Source: Rhodobacterales bacterium (GTDB lineage Bacteria; Pseudomonadota; Alphaproteobacteria; Rhodobacterales; Rhodobacteraceae). Taken from it: 64,000 bases of DNA. The translations under genes were made by a program, and so were the position numbers. The notes beneath the pieces were generated by a model. The model did no database searches, was not told the DNA's origin, and was given only the letters and a program-made list of their open reading frames with translations. Shown here one piece after another: positions 1 to 8,927 of this stretch. The stretch is from positions 15,940 to 79,939 of the forward strand of contig JANPJD010000064.1 in assembly GCA_031425325.1 (NCBI GenBank), written 5' to 3'. Position 1 is the stretch's first letter. Every line of letters begins with the position of its first letter.

Positions 1-1006
1 GGAAATGCCGCAGCGCCACCTCGGCCTCGGACAGGAAGCGCAAGGCCACGAAGCCCGCAACAAACTCGAGGTCGGCATAATCGCTGCCACCCACGAGATG
101 ATGCGACGCGGCGATCCGGTAGGCGAGGCGGGTCTCTCCGTCGCGCAGCATCCGGCGGGCCAGAAGCGCCCGGCGGTCGGCCCAGGCCTCGGGGCGGCCA
201 AGGGTCTGCGCGCTCTCGCTCGCCTCGACGATCAGGCTTGCCGCGTCTGGGTAGCGGTCCTTTCGCATCCGCCAGACGAAGCGCTCGTAAAGCAGGCCGG
301 GATCGCGGGCGAGCGACGCGGGGACGGCATCGACGCGGGCATCGACGCCCGGCCCATCAGCCTGCAAGGCAAGCCGCGCCTGGGCCAGCCGTTGCAGATC
401 GGGACCGACCCGGTCGAGCATTCGCTGCGCCTCGGCGGCGTCACCGTCCCAGAGCAGCCGGTCAAGCCGCGTCGCGTGGACCGCCGCCAGTGCATTGGGA
501 TAGGCCGCAAGCAGGGCCGCCTCTTGCTCGGCGTTGAAGGACAGCGCGATCCAGCTGCGGATCGCCTCGGCGGTCGCCTCTTCGGCGCGGCCGGTCGCCT
601 GATAGGCGCGGATCAACGCAAAGGCACCTTCGACCGTCTGCGGCTGACCCGCCGCAAACCATTGCAGCACCCGCTCTGGCGTGTCGGAGCGGGCAACCGC
701 CGCCTCGCCCTCGCGCCGCAGCAGGGGAAGGCCCGGCCAGTCGGGGCGGCGGGCGAGAAACTCCTCGTACTCGCCAAGGGTGCCCTCGCCGCCCCGCAGA
801 CGCTGCCACGCGATTATGTCCCGCCCGATAGCCCCTTCGGCGATGCCCAGCGCCCCGTCCCAGTTCCCGAGCGCACCTTCGGCCATCGCGACACGCAGGG
901 CGCGCGCCTCGTCGGCCTGCGCGGTCACGGCGCAAAGTGCCAAAACCAGTCCGCAGACCATTCGGCGGGCAAGGGCGGGCAGAAGGGAACGGAACGGTCT
1001 TGGCAT
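1..1006 (-). CDS. Soluble lytic murein transglycosylase (Slt-like), N-terminal part; the 3' end runs off the left window edge
   Basis: Not in the ORF track because there is no stop in the window. Hand translation of the minus strand from ATG at 1006 gives [31 protein letters not shown] (signal peptide). It continues to ...[42 protein letters not shown] and stays open in one frame down to position 2. The Ala/Leu-rich helical region is typical of the Slt N-domain. Divergent from dapA. Confidence 0.6.
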   Translation of the reverse strand, partial: MPRPFRSLLPALARRMVCGLVLALCAVTAQADEARALRVAMAEGALGNWDGALGIAEGAIGRDIIAWQRLRGGEGTLGEYEEFLARRPDWPGLPLLRREGEAAVARSDTPERVLQWFAAGQPQTVEGAFALIRAYQATGRAEEATAEAIRSWIALSFNAEQEAALLAAYPNALAAVHATRLDRLLWDGDAAEAQRMLDRVGPDLQRLAQARLALQADGPGVDARVDAVPASLARDPGLLYERFVWRMRKDRYPDAASLIVEASESAQTLGRPEAWADRRALLARRMLRDGETRLAYRIAASHHLVGGSDYADLEFVAGFVALRFLSEAEVALRHF

Positions 1007-1166
1007 GGCGCGGTTTTGCCCGCAGCCCGGCGCGCCCGCAACACACAATCGCGCCAAGTGGCGATCCGGGGCACCGCTGTTGGCAACGCCCCTGCCGCCC
1101 GCTAGGAAGGCCCCGACCGGGCCCGACCGACTCAGGTGTCAGACCCCAGCGGAGGAGATGCGTGCC

Positions 1167-2042
1167 ATGATCGAGGGGTCGATTCCCGCCCTTGTGACGC
1201 CGTTCAGGGACGGCGCACTGGATCTCGACACGCTGAAACGACTGGTCGACAGGCACATCGCCGAGGGGTCGACCGGCCTTGTTCCAGTCGGCACGACGGG
1301 CGAAAGCCCGACCCTCAGCCATGACGAGCATGAAACCGTCGTGGCCGAAGTGGTGCGCGCTGCGCGGGGGCGCGTTCCGGTCATCGCGGGGGCAGGCTCG
1401 AACAACACGGCCGAAGGCATCCGCCTGATGCGCCATGCCGAGGCGGTGGGTGCAGACGCGGCGCTTGTCGTGACGCCGTACTACAACAAACCGACGCAGG
1501 CGGGGCTGATCGCGCATTATACCGCGCTGCATGATTGCTGCACCCTGCCGATCATCATCTACAACATCCCCGGTCGCTCGGTCGTGGATATGTCTCCCGA
1601 GACGATGGGAGAGCTTGCCCGCCTGCCCCGCATCATCGGCGTCAAGGACGCGACGGGGCGGCTGGAGCGTGTCAGCCAGCAGCGCGCGTCCTGCGGGTCC
1701 GATTTCCTTCAGCTTTCGGGCGAGGACGCGACTGCGCTGGGGTTCAACGCCCATGGCGGGCGGGGCTGCATCAGCGTAACGGCGAACGTGGCCCCAAGGC
1801 TTTGCGCGGAGTTTCAGGCGGCAACGCTGCGCGGCGACTATGCGGCGGCTCTGGCCTATCAGGACCGCCTGATGCCACTGCACGAGGCGATCTTCCTTGA
1901 GCCGGGGCTCGTCGGGGCGAAATACGGCCTGTCGCTGCTCGGCCTCTGTTCCGAGGAGGTGCGTCTGCCGCTGGTCGGCCTGACCGAGGCCACCAAGGCG
2001 CGGATCGCTGCGGCGATGCGCCATGCCGGGGTGCTGGTCTGA
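1167..2042 (+). CDS. dapA: 4-hydroxy-tetrahydrodipicolinate synthase
   Basis: [55 protein letters not shown]... 291 aa. GGAGGAG lies about 10 nt upstream of ATG 1167. The upstream part of ORF 681..2042 is not DapA-like. Confidence 0.95.
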   Translation: MIEGSIPALVTPFRDGALDLDTLKRLVDRHIAEGSTGLVPVGTTGESPTLSHDEHETVVAEVVRAARGRVPVIAGAGSNNTAEGIRLMRHAEAVGADAALVVTPYYNKPTQAGLIAHYTALHDCCTLPIIIYNIPGRSVVDMSPETMGELARLPRIIGVKDATGRLERVSQQRASCGSDFLQLSGEDATALGFNAHGGRGCISVTANVAPRLCAEFQAATLRGDYAAALAYQDRLMPLHEAIFLEPGLVGAKYGLSLLGLCSEEVRLPLVGLTEATKARIAAAMRHAGVLV

Positions 2043-2049
2043 GGCCGCG

Positions 2050-2934
2050 ATGACTCCGAACCTGCGCGGCAGCCTGTGGATGGTCGCCGCCATGGCGGGC
2101 TTCGCCGTCGAAGATGCACTGCTGAAACGGGTATCGCAGGAGCTGCCGGTCGGGCAGATCCTGATGCTGTTCGGCACCGGCGGAATGCTGGGGTTCGCCG
2201 CCCTATCCGCGCGCCGCGGCGAGGCAGTTCTGACCCGCGCCATCCTGACGCCGGTCCTTCTGGTCCGCTGCGGCTTTGAGGTTGCGGGGCGGTTGTTCTA
2301 CACGCTCGCCATCGCACTGACGCCCCTGTCGAGCGCCTCGGCCATCCTTCAGGCGACGCCGCTGGTGGTCGTGACGGGTGCCGCCCTCATCTTCGGAGAG
2401 CGGGTCGGCTGGCGGCGATGGACCGCGATCCTTGCGGGCTTCGCCGGGGTCCTTGTGGTGCTGCGACCGGGGCTTGAAGGGTTTTCTGCGCTGTCCTTGC
2501 TGGCCGTTCTGGGCACGATCGGCTTTGCCGGCCGCGATCTTGCAACACGCGCGGCGCCGCCCCTGATGACCAACCTGCAGCTGGGGATCTACGGCTTTGC
2601 GATGATGATCCCGGCGGGGGCCTTTCTGCTGGTGCTCTCGGGCGGGGCGCGCCTGCCTTCGCCCGGGGCAGGCAGCACGCTGCTGGCCGCGACCGTGGTC
2701 GGGGTCGCGGCCTACTACGCGCTGACGGTGGCGATGCGGGCGGGCGATGTCGCGGTGGTGACCCCGTTCCGCTACACGCGGCTTGTCTTTGCGCTGCTGC
2801 TGGGCGCAATCCTGTTCGGCGAACGTCCTGACGCCATGACCCTTCTGGGCAGCGCCATCATCGTGGCCAGCGGGCTCTACACGTTGGTCCGGTCGCACCG
2901 ACTTGCCGCGAATCGGTCGGCCGACGTGCGGTAG
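2050..2934 (+). CDS. EamA/DMT-family permease
   Basis: MTPNLRGSLWMVAAMAGFAVEDALLKRV..., about 10 hydrophobic segments and a duplicated EamA-like architecture. Confidence 0.8.
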   Translation: MTPNLRGSLWMVAAMAGFAVEDALLKRVSQELPVGQILMLFGTGGMLGFAALSARRGEAVLTRAILTPVLLVRCGFEVAGRLFYTLAIALTPLSSASAILQATPLVVVTGAALIFGERVGWRRWTAILAGFAGVLVVLRPGLEGFSALSLLAVLGTIGFAGRDLATRAAPPLMTNLQLGIYGFAMMIPAGAFLLVLSGGARLPSPGAGSTLLAATVVGVAAYYALTVAMRAGDVAVVTPFRYTRLVFALLLGAILFGERPDAMTLLGSAIIVASGLYTLVRSHRLAANRSADVR

Positions 2935-3133
2935 CCGCCGACAGGCGTGGTTAGCGCATTGATAACAAACGTGGTCCCTTGAAACGCTGGCAAGGCGTGC
3001 TCTCGATTGTCGCACATGGCTGCCCGATGCCCCGACCGCGCCGCCATCGTGACAAAAAAGCGGCAAAATCCGGGTGCTTGTTGGGCGACAGGTCAGGCAG
3101 ACCGTCACAAGCCTTAACAGAAGGAGACGCCCG

Positions 3134-3718
3134 ATGTTCATGCAGAACGCCACCCGTTTCGTCGACGCAGCCCCCGTCCTGTCGCGCCCGGCCTCTCCTG
3201 CGCGGCTGACACACGCGCTGTCCGCGACCACGCTGGTCGAGGCCGAACGCGGCTGGACCCCGATCGGGGCGCTGCGGGCCGGCGAGCGGCTTCACACCTT
3301 CGACGGCGGCTTGCGCCCGCTGCGGAGGGTCGAGCGCTTTGAGGTTCAGGCAGGCGAGACGCGCCTGGTGCGACTGCCCGGCGGCGTCCTTGGCGGGGCT
3401 GCGGATATCGCGCTTCTGCCCGGCCAGTTCCTTCTGATCGACACCTGGGACCGGCTGGACGGGGTGATCGCGCTCGTTCCCGCCGAGGCGATGGTGGGCC
3501 TGGGCGGCGCGCATTGGTCGGGCATCGTGCAGGCGACACCACTGTTCCAGCCGGTCTTCGACGATGACGAGGTGATCTATGCCAACGGCGGGCAGTTGCT
3601 GCACTGTCCAGGCGTCGTCGATGCCGAAGCGCACGAACCCTACTTCACGGCGCTGCCGCTGCACGAGGCGCGCGTCCTGCTCGGCGCCCGGCTTAGGGAT
3701 CGACCACTGGCGGCCTAA
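3134..3718 (+). CDS. Small stand-alone Hint (bacterial intein-like) domain protein
   Basis: AAGGAGA SD 8 nt before ATG 3134. Hint-like blocks: ATTLVEAERGWTPIGALRAGERLHTFDGGLRPLRRV ... DEVIYANGGQLLHC. Confidence 0.6.
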   Translation: MFMQNATRFVDAAPVLSRPASPARLTHALSATTLVEAERGWTPIGALRAGERLHTFDGGLRPLRRVERFEVQAGETRLVRLPGGVLGGAADIALLPGQFLLIDTWDRLDGVIALVPAEAMVGLGGAHWSGIVQATPLFQPVFDDDEVIYANGGQLLHCPGVVDAEAHEPYFTALPLHEARVLLGARLRDRPLAA

Positions 3719-3796
3719 GGGGGCGAGCCGGGTCAAGGCCGCCATGCGCCCGCTCTGCTGGACTCCGCCGCCCCACTCCCCTATCTCGACCCGATC

Positions 3797-4273
3797 ATGG
3801 CCGAGAAATCCGATCCCAACTCCAAGCTGATCGCCGAAAACCGCCGCGCGCGGTTCGACTATGCCATCGAGAGCGACATCGAAGCGGGGATCGTGCTCTT
3901 CGGGTCCGAGGTGAAGTCGCTCCGACAGGGCGGCGCCAACATCGCCGAGAGCTATGCCAACGTCGAGGGGGGTGAGTTGTGGCTGATAAACGGCTACATC
4001 GCGCCCTACCTTCAGGCCAAGACCTGGGGTCACGAGGAGCGGCGGCGCCGCAAGCTTCTGGTCAATGCCAAGGAACTGAGCCGCCTCTGGAACGCGACAG
4101 CGCGCGAGGGCATGACGATCGTGCCGCTCGAGATGTATTTCAACGCGCGCGGCATGGTGAAGCTGAAGCTGGGCGTCGCCAAAGGCAAGAAGCTGGCCGA
4201 CAAGCGCGAGACCGAGGCCAAGCGTGACTGGAACCGCGAGAAGGCCCGACTGATGAAGCAAAATCACCAGTAA
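3797..4273 (+). CDS. smpB: SsrA-binding protein
   Basis: [33 protein letters not shown]...[12 protein letters not shown]...[12 protein letters not shown], 158 aa. Confidence 0.95.
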   Translation: MAEKSDPNSKLIAENRRARFDYAIESDIEAGIVLFGSEVKSLRQGGANIAESYANVEGGELWLINGYIAPYLQAKTWGHEERRRRKLLVNAKELSRLWNATAREGMTIVPLEMYFNARGMVKLKLGVAKGKKLADKRETEAKRDWNREKARLMKQNHQ

Positions 4274-4290
4274 GCGAAACGGGCTGACTT

Positions 4291-4308
4291 TACCCGCAAT
4301 CGCGGGTA
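4291..4308 (+). terminator. Candidate hairpin after smpB
   Basis: tacccgc-aatc-gcgggta, a 7-bp stem with a 4-nt loop, 18 nt after the smpB stop. No U-tract. Confidence 0.35.
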
Positions 4309-4376
4309 CAGTCACTCCGCTGGGGCTTGGAGGCCAAGCGGTCTGGCGTGGTATGTGTCGCTTGGAGATGCGCGTG

Positions 4377-4667
4377 ATGGAACAGATTATTCTTCAACTG
4401 ATTGCCGGTGCAGCCGGCGGCAATGCGGCTGGTCGCTCGATGAAGGGCGGCGGGCTGGGTACGATGGGGAACACGGTCGCCGGCCTCGTGGGTGGTGGTG
4501 TGCTGGGACAGATCGTGACGGCCCTGATGTCGAGTGGCGCTGTCGAGGCGGCGGCAGGGGCGGGCGGCTTGGACCTTGGTGCAATCGTGTCGAGCGTGGC
4601 GTCGGGCGGTATCGGCGGCGCGGTGCTGACGGCGGTCATCGGCATGCTGAAGAACCGCAGCGCCTGA
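4377..4667 (+). CDS. Glycine/alanine-rich small membrane protein (glycine-zipper-like), function unknown
   Basis: GGAGA SD before ATG 4377. MEQIILQLIAGAAGGNAAG...GLVGGGVLGQIVTAL...ASGGIGGAVLTAVIGML, 96 aa. Confidence 0.45.
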   Translation: MEQIILQLIAGAAGGNAAGRSMKGGGLGTMGNTVAGLVGGGVLGQIVTALMSSGAVEAAAGAGGLDLGAIVSSVASGGIGGAVLTAVIGMLKNRSA

Positions 4668-4797
4668 ACGGGCCCAGACGCGGCCAAGACCGTTTCGGCA
4701 ACAGATCGCTTTCGCAAGCGCGCCTCGGAGTCGAGGCCGCTTGCCCAAGGCCCGGCACGCCCGCTATGAATTGGTCATCCTTATAGGGGCGTTGGCC

Positions 4798-5643
4798 GTG
4801 GACGATCCGAGAACGCTCGTCACGACCGACTGGCTCGAGGCGCACCTGAAAGACCCCGACCTGCGGGTTCTCGACGCCTCGTGGCATATGCCCGATACCG
4901 GTCGCGACGCGCAGGCCGAGTATCAGAGCGCCCATATTCCCGGCGCTCGCTTTTTCGACATCGACGAGATTGCGGACCATCGTTCGGACTTGCCGCACAT
5001 GGCCCCGCCGCCCGAGAAGTTCATCAGCCGCATGCGCGCGATGGGCGTGGGCGACGGGCATCAGGTGGTGGTCTACGACACGGCGGGACTCTTCTCGGCG
5101 GCGCGGGTCTGGTGGACCTTCCGGCTGATGGGCAAGCTCGACGTGGCCGTGCTCGACGGCGGTTTCCCGAAATGGCAGGCCGAGGGGCGGCGGGTCGAAG
5201 ACATGCCGCCCATCGTGCGCGACCGTCACATCACCGTGCAGCGCAATGCGACGCTGGTGAAGGACGTGACGCAGGTCGCCCATGCCAGCAAGCTGGCCGA
5301 GGCCGAGATCGTCGATGCCCGCTCGCCCGCCCGCTTTCGGGGCGAGGTGCCAGAGCCGCGACCCGGCCTTCGCTCGGGCCACATTCCGGGGGCGAAGAAC
5401 GTGCCCTATGCCTCGCTGCTGCGCCCGGACGGCACGATGAAAGACGTGGCCGACCTGCGAGCGACGTTCGCCGAGGCGGGCGTCGACCTGACGCGGCCGG
5501 TCATCACGACCTGCGGCTCGGGCGTGACGGCCGCGGTCCTAAGCCTCGCGCTAGAGCGGATGGGCCACCGCGACCATGCGCTCTACGACGGCTCCTGGGC
5601 CGAGTGGGGCATGTATGACGACCTGAGGGTCGCGAAAGGATAG
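4798..5643 (+). CDS. sseA: 3-mercaptopyruvate sulfurtransferase (tandem rhodanese)
   Basis: TLVTTDWLEAHLKDPDLRVLDASWHMPDTGRDAQAEYQSAHIPGARFFDID...ITTCGSGVTAAV. The start is probably GTG 4798 or TTG 4792 rather than TTG 4741. Confidence 0.9.
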   Translation: MDDPRTLVTTDWLEAHLKDPDLRVLDASWHMPDTGRDAQAEYQSAHIPGARFFDIDEIADHRSDLPHMAPPPEKFISRMRAMGVGDGHQVVVYDTAGLFSAARVWWTFRLMGKLDVAVLDGGFPKWQAEGRRVEDMPPIVRDRHITVQRNATLVKDVTQVAHASKLAEAEIVDARSPARFRGEVPEPRPGLRSGHIPGAKNVPYASLLRPDGTMKDVADLRATFAEAGVDLTRPVITTCGSGVTAAVLSLALERMGHRDHALYDGSWAEWGMYDDLRVAKG

Positions 5644-5645
5644 CC

Positions 5646-6827
5646 ATGCTGGATGCGCTGAAGCCCCAGCCGCAGGACAAGATCCTTGCGCTGATCCAGA
5701 TGTTCCGCGAAGACCAGCGCCCCGACAAGATCGACCTCGGCGTGGGCGTCTACAAAGACGCGACTGGCCTGACACCCGTGATGCATGCCGTGAAGACCGC
5801 CGAGCGGCAATTGTGGCAGACCGAGACGACCAAGACCTACACAGGCCTTGCCGGTGAGCCTGCATTCCACCGGGCGCTGTCGGACCTGATCCTGGGCGAA
5901 ACCGCAGACCCCGACCGGATCGCGGCAGTGGCGACGCCGGGCGGCACCGGGGCGATCCGGCAGGCGCTGGAACTGATCCGGCTGGCGGCGCCGGGGGCGA
6001 CCGTCTGGCTGTCCGACCCGACATGGCCGAACCATCCGTCGATCATCCGCTACCTCGGGATGCAGATGGCCGAGTACCGCTATTTCGACGCGGCGACCGG
6101 CCAAGTCGATGTGCGGGGCATGCTGGCCGACCTTGGCGGCATCAAGCCGGGCGACGTGGTGCTGCTGCATGGTTGTTGTCACAACCCGACCGGGGCGAAC
6201 CTGACGCTGGCCGACTGGCAGGCGGTGGCCGACCTGCTGAACGACCGGGGGGCGATCCCCTTCATCGACCTTGCCTATCAGGGCTTCGGCGACGGGCTTG
6301 TGGCGGACGCCGCAGGCACCCGCCTGATCGCCGCCGCCTGCCCCGAGGCGCTGATCGCGGCCTCCTGCTCGAAGAACTTCGGCATCTACCGCGAGCGGAC
6401 GGGCCTTCTTCTGGCGCTTGGCCGGCCCGACCAGCGCGCGACGGTGCAGGCCAACCTCGCCTTCTTGAACCGGCAGAACTATTCCTTCCCGCCCGATCAC
6501 GGCGCGCGTCTGGTCACGATGATCCTGACCGACGAGGCGCTGCGGGCCGACTGGCAGGCGGAACTCGAAGACACCCGCCTGCACATGTTGGCGCTGCGCC
6601 GGTCGCTCGCCGACGAGTTGCGCCGCCTTACGAACTCGGACCGCTACGGCTTCCTCGCAGGGCATCGGGGCATGTTCAGCCGCCTTGGCGCGACGCCTGC
6701 CGAGGTCGAGCGTCTGCGGGTCGAGCGGGGCATCTACATGGTCGGCGACTCGCGCCTCAACATCGCGGGTCTGAATGCGACCACGGTGCCCGTGCTTGCC
6801 CGTGCCGTGGCCGACATCGTGGCCTGA
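5646..6827 (+). CDS. Class I (AspC/TyrB-type) aspartate/aromatic amino acid aminotransferase
   Basis: KIDLGVGVYKDATGLTPVMHAV...GLAGEPAF...HGCCHNPTGANL...SCSKNFGIYRERTG, 393 aa. Confidence 0.9.
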   Translation: MLDALKPQPQDKILALIQMFREDQRPDKIDLGVGVYKDATGLTPVMHAVKTAERQLWQTETTKTYTGLAGEPAFHRALSDLILGETADPDRIAAVATPGGTGAIRQALELIRLAAPGATVWLSDPTWPNHPSIIRYLGMQMAEYRYFDAATGQVDVRGMLADLGGIKPGDVVLLHGCCHNPTGANLTLADWQAVADLLNDRGAIPFIDLAYQGFGDGLVADAAGTRLIAAACPEALIAASCSKNFGIYRERTGLLLALGRPDQRATVQANLAFLNRQNYSFPPDHGARLVTMILTDEALRADWQAELEDTRLHMLALRRSLADELRRLTNSDRYGFLAGHRGMFSRLGATPAEVERLRVERGIYMVGDSRLNIAGLNATTVPVLARAVADIVA

Positions 6828-6835
6828 ACGGAAGC

Positions 6836-6865
6836 GGCCCGGACGGGGGAGGATCCGTCCGGGCC
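6836..6865. terminator. Bidirectional hairpin between the convergent aminotransferase gene and amtB
   Basis: ggcccggacgg-gggaggat-ccgtccgggcc, a perfect 11-bp stem. Confidence 0.5.
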
Positions 6866-6932
6866 GTCCGTGCTGCGCGGGGGAGGGCCGCGCATGGTCT
6901 CGGGCTGGGATGCCCCCCGGCCCGACCGTTCC

Positions 6933-8300
6933 TTACATGTTGTAGGCGCGCTCGCCGTGCGAGGTAAGATCGAGCCCCTCGCGCTCTTCCTCTTCCTTCA
7001 CGCGCAGGCCCATCGTGGCCTTGATCCCGTAGAAGAGGACGATCGAGACGATGCCGCACCACAGGATCGTCACGAGGACGCCCCAGAACTGCGTCACGAG
7101 TTGCGCTCCCATCGCGGTACCGCCATAGCCGATCCCGCCCATCGAGGGGTCGTTGACGATGGCGGTCCCGAGCGCACCGATGATCCCGGCGACGCCGTGG
7201 ATGCCGAACACATCGAGGCTGTCGTCATAGCCGAGCGAGTGCTTGATGCTCGACACGAAGTAGTAGGCCGCGACCGAGGCGACGGCACCCAACACGATCG
7301 CGCCGACCGGTCCGGCAAAGCCTGCCGCCGGGGTGATGGCGACAAGGCCCGTGACCATGCCCGATACCGCGCCGAGCATCGAGGCCTTGCCGCGGGCGGC
7401 CGTCTCGATCACGACCCAAGCCAGCACGGCACCAGCCGTCGCCGCGAAGGTGTTCATCATCGCAAGGCCCGCGCCGCCGTTCGCCTCGAGGTTGGAGCCC
7501 GCGTTGAAACCGAACCAGCCGACCCAGAGCATCGACGCGCCGACCATGGTGAAGGTCATCGAATGCGGTGCCATGTTGTCGCGGCCATAGCCGGTGCGCT
7601 TGCCCAGGATCACGCAGCCGACCAGCGCCGCGATACCTGCGTTGATGTGAACAACCGTGCCGCCCGCAAAGTCCAGCGCACCCCAGCCATAGATCAGACC
7701 GTCTGAGTCCCAGACCATATGGGCGACCGGGAAGTAGACGAGAGTGACCCAGAACAGGATGAATACCATCAGCGAGCCGAACTTCACCCGCTCGGCCATC
7801 GAGCCCACGATGAGCACAGCCGTGATGCAGGCGAAGGTCATCTGGAACGAGATGAACACGAATTCGGGGATCACGAAGCCTGCCGAGAAGGTGGCGGCCA
7901 TCGACTCGTAGGTCACGCCGGACAGGAAGGCTTTTCCGAGCCCGCCCCAGTAGGCCGACGGCGCATCGCCGAAGGACATCGAGTAGCCCCAGAAGACGTA
8001 GACCACCATCACCAGCGCGGTGATGACGGTCGACTGCATCAGGACCGAGAGCATGTTCTTGCTGCGGACGAGGCCGCCGTAGAACAGCGCAAGGCCCGGC
8101 AGGATCATGAACAGCACGAGGATGGTCGAGACCATCATCCAGGCCGTGTCACCTTTGTCCATGACGGGCACGACGGCCTCGGCGGCCGCTTCGGTTGCCT
8201 CGACCGCCTCGGTCCCGGCCTCTTGCGCCCATGCGGGCAGCCCGGACATGAAGGACGCGATCGCCGCCCCGGGTCCGCAGAATGACTTGAGTTTGTTCAT
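6933..8300 (-). CDS. amtB: Ammonium transporter
   Basis: MNKLKSFCGPGAAIASFMSGLPAWA signal peptide, then DTAWMMVSTILVLFMILPGLALFYGGLVRSKN...VHINAGIAALV...FGIHGVAGIIGA. ATG at 8300. Confidence 0.95.
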   Translation of the reverse strand: MNKLKSFCGPGAAIASFMSGLPAWAQEAGTEAVEATEAAAEAVVPVMDKGDTAWMMVSTILVLFMILPGLALFYGGLVRSKNMLSVLMQSTVITALVMVVYVFWGYSMSFGDAPSAYWGGLGKAFLSGVTYESMAATFSAGFVIPEFVFISFQMTFACITAVLIVGSMAERVKFGSLMVFILFWVTLVYFPVAHMVWDSDGLIYGWGALDFAGGTVVHINAGIAALVGCVILGKRTGYGRDNMAPHSMTFTMVGASMLWVGWFGFNAGSNLEANGGAGLAMMNTFAATAGAVLAWVVIETAARGKASMLGAVSGMVTGLVAITPAAGFAGPVGAIVLGAVASVAAYYFVSSIKHSLGYDDSLDVFGIHGVAGIIGALGTAIVNDPSMGGIGYGGTAMGAQLVTQFWGVLVTILWCGIVSIVLFYGIKATMGLRVKEEEEREGLDLTSHGERAYNM

Positions 8301-8329
8301 CGGTCGATATTCCCCATCCCCGAAAGTGG

Positions 8330-8668
8330 TCAAAGCGCGTCGTCGTTCAGCTCGCCGGTGCGGACCCGCACGGCGTGCTCGACGTCCAGCACGAAAATCT
8401 TTCCGTCACCGATCTTGTCGGTCTTTGCGGTGACCCGGATCGTTTCGACAACCGAGTCGGCGAGGCTGTCGCTCACGACGATTTCCAGCCGCACCTTCGG
8501 CACGAAGTTCACCGCATATTCGGCCCCGCGATAGATCTCGGTATGGCCGGACTGAGAGCCGAAGCCCTTGATCTCTGTCACCATCATGCCGCGCACCCCG
8601 ATGGAGGTCAGCGCCTCGCGCACCTCTTCGAGCTTGAACGGCTTGATCGCTGCAATGATGAGTTTCAC
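8330..8668 (-). CDS. glnK: Nitrogen regulatory protein P-II
   Basis: GTG start at 8668 preceded by AAGGAGA. VKLIIAAIKPFKLEEVREALTSIGVRGMMVTEIKGFGSQSGHTEIYRGAEY..., 112 aa. Immediately upstream of amtB. Confidence 0.95.
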   Translation of the reverse strand: MKLIIAAIKPFKLEEVREALTSIGVRGMMVTEIKGFGSQSGHTEIYRGAEYAVNFVPKVRLEIVVSDSLADSVVETIRVTAKTDKIGDGKIFVLDVEHAVRVRTGELNDDAL

Positions 8669-8684
8669 GAAGGTCTCCTTCCGG

Positions 8685-8714
8685 TGTGCAGGTGGCCCCC
8701 GACAGGCCTGCACA
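8685..8714. promoter_or_regulatory. Perfect 8-bp inverted repeat in the glnK leader/promoter
   Basis: tgtgcagg-N14-cctgcaca, 17-46 nt upstream of the glnK GTG. Confidence 0.3.
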
Positions 8715-8752
8715 TCACAGCAAGGTGACGGATGGAGTTTCACACAAGGAAC

Positions 8753-8776
8753 TGGCGCAGCGGCCTTGGCGCAGCG
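8753..8776. promoter_or_regulatory. Tandem 10-nt direct repeat upstream of glnK
   Basis: tggcgcagcg occurs at 8753-8762 and 8767-8776. An unusually AT-rich stretch follows at 8791-8838. Confidence 0.25.
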
Positions 8777-8927
8777 CCGCCGATGGTGCCTCAATTTTAT
8801 ACATTTTAAGCCATTCGCCACTTAAATAGGCAGACTTGGAACGCGAATCGGCGCTGGCCGCGCTCCACATTCCTTGCCGGCCACGCTACAGTCCGACCAA
8901 GAGCAGCGCACGCAACGCACGGGCGGC

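Noticed and set aside
462-2243. 593-aa minus-strand ORF, and the 366-aa plus-strand ORF 5..1105
   Set aside because: Both run antisense to, or out of frame with, clear genes (dapA and the Slt-like gene). Their translations are Arg/Pro/Gly/Ala-rich low-complexity sequence, typical of spurious long ORFs in high-GC DNA.
3719-4376. Search for a tmRNA (ssrA) gene near smpB
   Set aside because: I found no tag-like reading frame (…ANDN…AA type) and no tRNA-like acceptor/T-arm in the flanks. The only feature is a simple hairpin at 4291-4308.
8669-8840. Sigma-54 (-24 GG / -12 GC) promoter upstream of glnK
   Set aside because: The best candidate is TGGCGAATGGCTTAA, which has TTAA where TTGC is required. 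No acceptable -24/-12 element was found.
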